The notes below the pieces were generated by a model that was not told where the DNA came from, searched no databases, and was given only the letters and a program-made list of their open reading frames with translations. 64,000 nucleotides of DNA from the NCBI GenBank assembly GCA_963920595.1, contig OY986948.1, forward strand, positions 5,270,001 to 5,334,000, written 5' to 3'. The DNA comes from Eimeria praecox. Its lineage: Eukaryota. A program made the translations under genes and the position numbers. Positions 62,242 to 64,000 of this stretch are shown piece after piece; position 1 is the first letter of the stretch; the number at the start of each line of letters is the position of its first letter.

Positions 62242-62434
62242 GTGTGTTCAGGAGCAGCAAGTGGTTTTGGTGATGAGCAAGGACTAGGATACATTCCGGG
62301 TGGTTTGTGTTTGATGGTTTGTGTCTGGTGGGGATGTTGGAAGTTGGGTGGATGTTTGCTGGGTGTTGGGTGGTTTAGATTTGTGCTGCGTTATGTCAGC
62401 TCTAGCACATGGATTGGTTTGTGGCTGGAGCGGT

Positions 62435-64000
62435 TGCTGTTTGGATGGGCCAGGGGTTGTGGACAGTGGGGGTTGGTAAATTTGTTTTGTCGTTGTTTGA
62501 TGTGTGTGTTCAGCCGCAGCACGTGGGTTTGCCGATGAGCAAGGAATAGTCTGTATTTGCGGTAGTTTGTGTTTGATGGTTTTTGTATGTGGCTATTATG
62601 GTATGGGTGTTGGATGTTTGCTGGGTGTTGGATGTTTTAGGATTGTGTTGCGTTATGTTGCCTGTAGCACGGGGGGTCGTTTGTTTCCAGGGTAGTGGAT
62701 GGTGATGCGCGATGGTTTGAGTGGAATTGGGTATTGGTGGTGGCGTATGATGTTGTTGTGTATGAGTTGGATGGAGTGTCGGGAAGGGCTTGGGCGTGTA
62801 GGGTAAACACTAGAGCGTGAGAGGATATGAGGAGTGGCAGCTATTCGAATGTGTTGTTGTTTGGATAGGGGAGGGGTTGTGGACAGTGGGGGTTGGCGAA
62901 GTTGGTTTGTGGTTGTTTGAGATGTATGTTTAGGCGCAGCAAGTGCGTTTGCTTATGAGCAGGGAATATGCTATATTTGGGGTATTTTTTTGTTGTTAGT
63001 TTTTGTATGTTGCTATTATGGTATGGGTGTTGATTGTTTGCTGGGTGTTGGATGTTTGAGGATTGTCTTGCGTTATGCCGGCTGTAGCACAGGGAGTCGT
63101 TTGTGCCTGGAGCGGTGAATGACGACGTACGTTGGTTTGAGTGGAGTTGGGTATTGGCGGTGGCGTATAATGTTGTTGTGTATGTGTTGGATGGAGTGTC
63201 GGGAGGGGCGTGAGCGTGTAGGGTGGAGCGTAGGGCGTGAGAAGATATGATGAGTGTCATCGACTTGATTGGGCTGTTGTTTGGTTGGGCGAAGGGTGGT
63301 GGACAATGAGGGTTGGTGAATTTGTTTTGTGGTTGTTTGAGGTGTGTGTTCAGGGCCAGCAAGTGGGTTTGCTGATGAGGAGGGAAGGAGTATGATGTAT
63401 TTCCGGCAGTTTGTGTTTGATGGTTTTTGTATGTGGCTATTATGGTATGGGTGTTGGATGTTTGCTGGGTGTTGGATGTTTTAGGATTGTGTTGCGTTAT
63501 GTTGCCTGTAGCACGGGGGGTCGTTTGTTTCCAGGGTAGTGGATGGTGATGCGCGATGGTTTGAGTGGAATTGGGTATTGGTGGTGGCGTATGATGTTGT
63601 TGTGTATGAGTTGGATGGAGTGTCGGGAAGGGCTTGGGCGTGTAGGGTAAACACTAGAGCGTGAGAGGATATGAGGAGTGGCAGCTATTCGAATGTGCTG
63701 TTGTTTGGATAGGGGAGGGGTTGTGGACAGTGGGGGTTGGCGAAGTTGGTTTGTGGTTGTTTGAGATGTATGTTTAGGCGCAGCAAGTGCGTTTGCTTAT
63801 GAGCAGGGAATATGCTATATTTGGGGTACTTTTTTGTTGTTAGTTTTTGTATGTTGCTATTATGGTATGGGTGTTGATTGTTTGCTGGGTGTTGGATGTT
63901 TGAGGATTGTCTTGCGTTATGCCGGCTGTAGCACAGGGAGTCGTTTGTGCCTGGAGCGGTGAATGACGACGTACGTTGGTTTGAGTGGAGTTGGGTATTG
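62435..64000. repeat. Diverged subfamily of the same satellite (420/424-bp monomers; near-identical 844-bp dimer repeat), open at the right window edge
   Basis: Collinear with the 421-bp consensus (TGGATGTTTGCTGGGTGTTGG at 62611; GTTTGAGTGGAATTGGGTATTGGTGGTGGCG at 62715) but only roughly 70-80% identical by eye. TTTTGTATGT recurs at 62581, 63001, 63425 and 63845 (spacings 420, 424, 420). ~62564-63156 matches ~63408-64000 with 2 substitutions that I could find. Confidence 0.95.

Larger units (their letters stand above)
1..62434. repeat. Homogenised tandem satellite array, 421-bp monomer, ~148 copies, same orientation throughout (open at the left window edge)
   Basis: ATGGTTTGTGTCTGGTGGGG recurs at 1, 422, 843 and so on. 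Equivalent ORF starts run 350, 771, 1192 ... 62242, which is 147 x 421 + 5 bp. The +5 matches the visible indels: +4 and +1 at ~11323/11391, +1 at ~12235, -2 at ~15915, ~16755 and ~19700, +3 at ~39375, ~41062 and ~52432, -3 at ~60533, -1 at ~62021. Neighbouring monomers differ at only a few to a couple of dozen sites by eye. Confidence 0.99.

Noticed and set aside
1..62434. CRISPR array or repeat-spacer/cassette system
   Set aside because: There are no unique spacers. The whole unit repeats and its variable part differs only by point variants. No cas, integrase or reverse transcriptase gene is present.
62841..63362. 173-aa ORF in the diverged layer
   Set aside because: It is the same satellite frame reading through a 420-bp (multiple of 3) monomer. 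The translation is internally repeated and resembles no protein family I recognise.
1..64000. Whole array as an assembly or concatemer artefact
   Set aside because: Nested, hierarchically shared variants and indels plus a diverged sister subfamily are not what random error or collapse produces. Exact copy number still needs read validation.

Overview
The whole 64 kb window is one head-to-tail satellite DNA array. I see no gene, RNA gene, transposon or CRISPR array. Positions 1 to ~62434 hold about 148 near-identical copies of a 421-bp monomer. The + strand is strongly G/T-rich: a hand count of monomer 1-421 gives about G176, T141, A72, C32. Shared diagnostic variants divide the array into domains: a 4-mer/8-mer higher-order repeat (HOR) at 1-7.4 kb, a more diverged patch at ~10-12.5 kb, local 2-, 3- and 4-mer HORs, 9-monomer and 15-20 kb block duplications, and an edge domain at 58-62.4 kb. 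At 62434/62435 a junction skips 159 bp of monomer phase and joins this homogenised array directly to a much more diverged subfamily of the same satellite (420/424-bp monomers, 844-bp dimer). That layout resembles the layered core-plus-old-flank organisation of eukaryotic (peri)centromeric or subtelomeric satellites, but this is inference, and I cannot name the organism or satellite family. All listed ORFs are by-products of the repeat. I found no new protein-coding system. The interest lies in array architecture, a polymorphic G-quadruplex motif, conserved boxes and an apparent intra-monomer conversion event.
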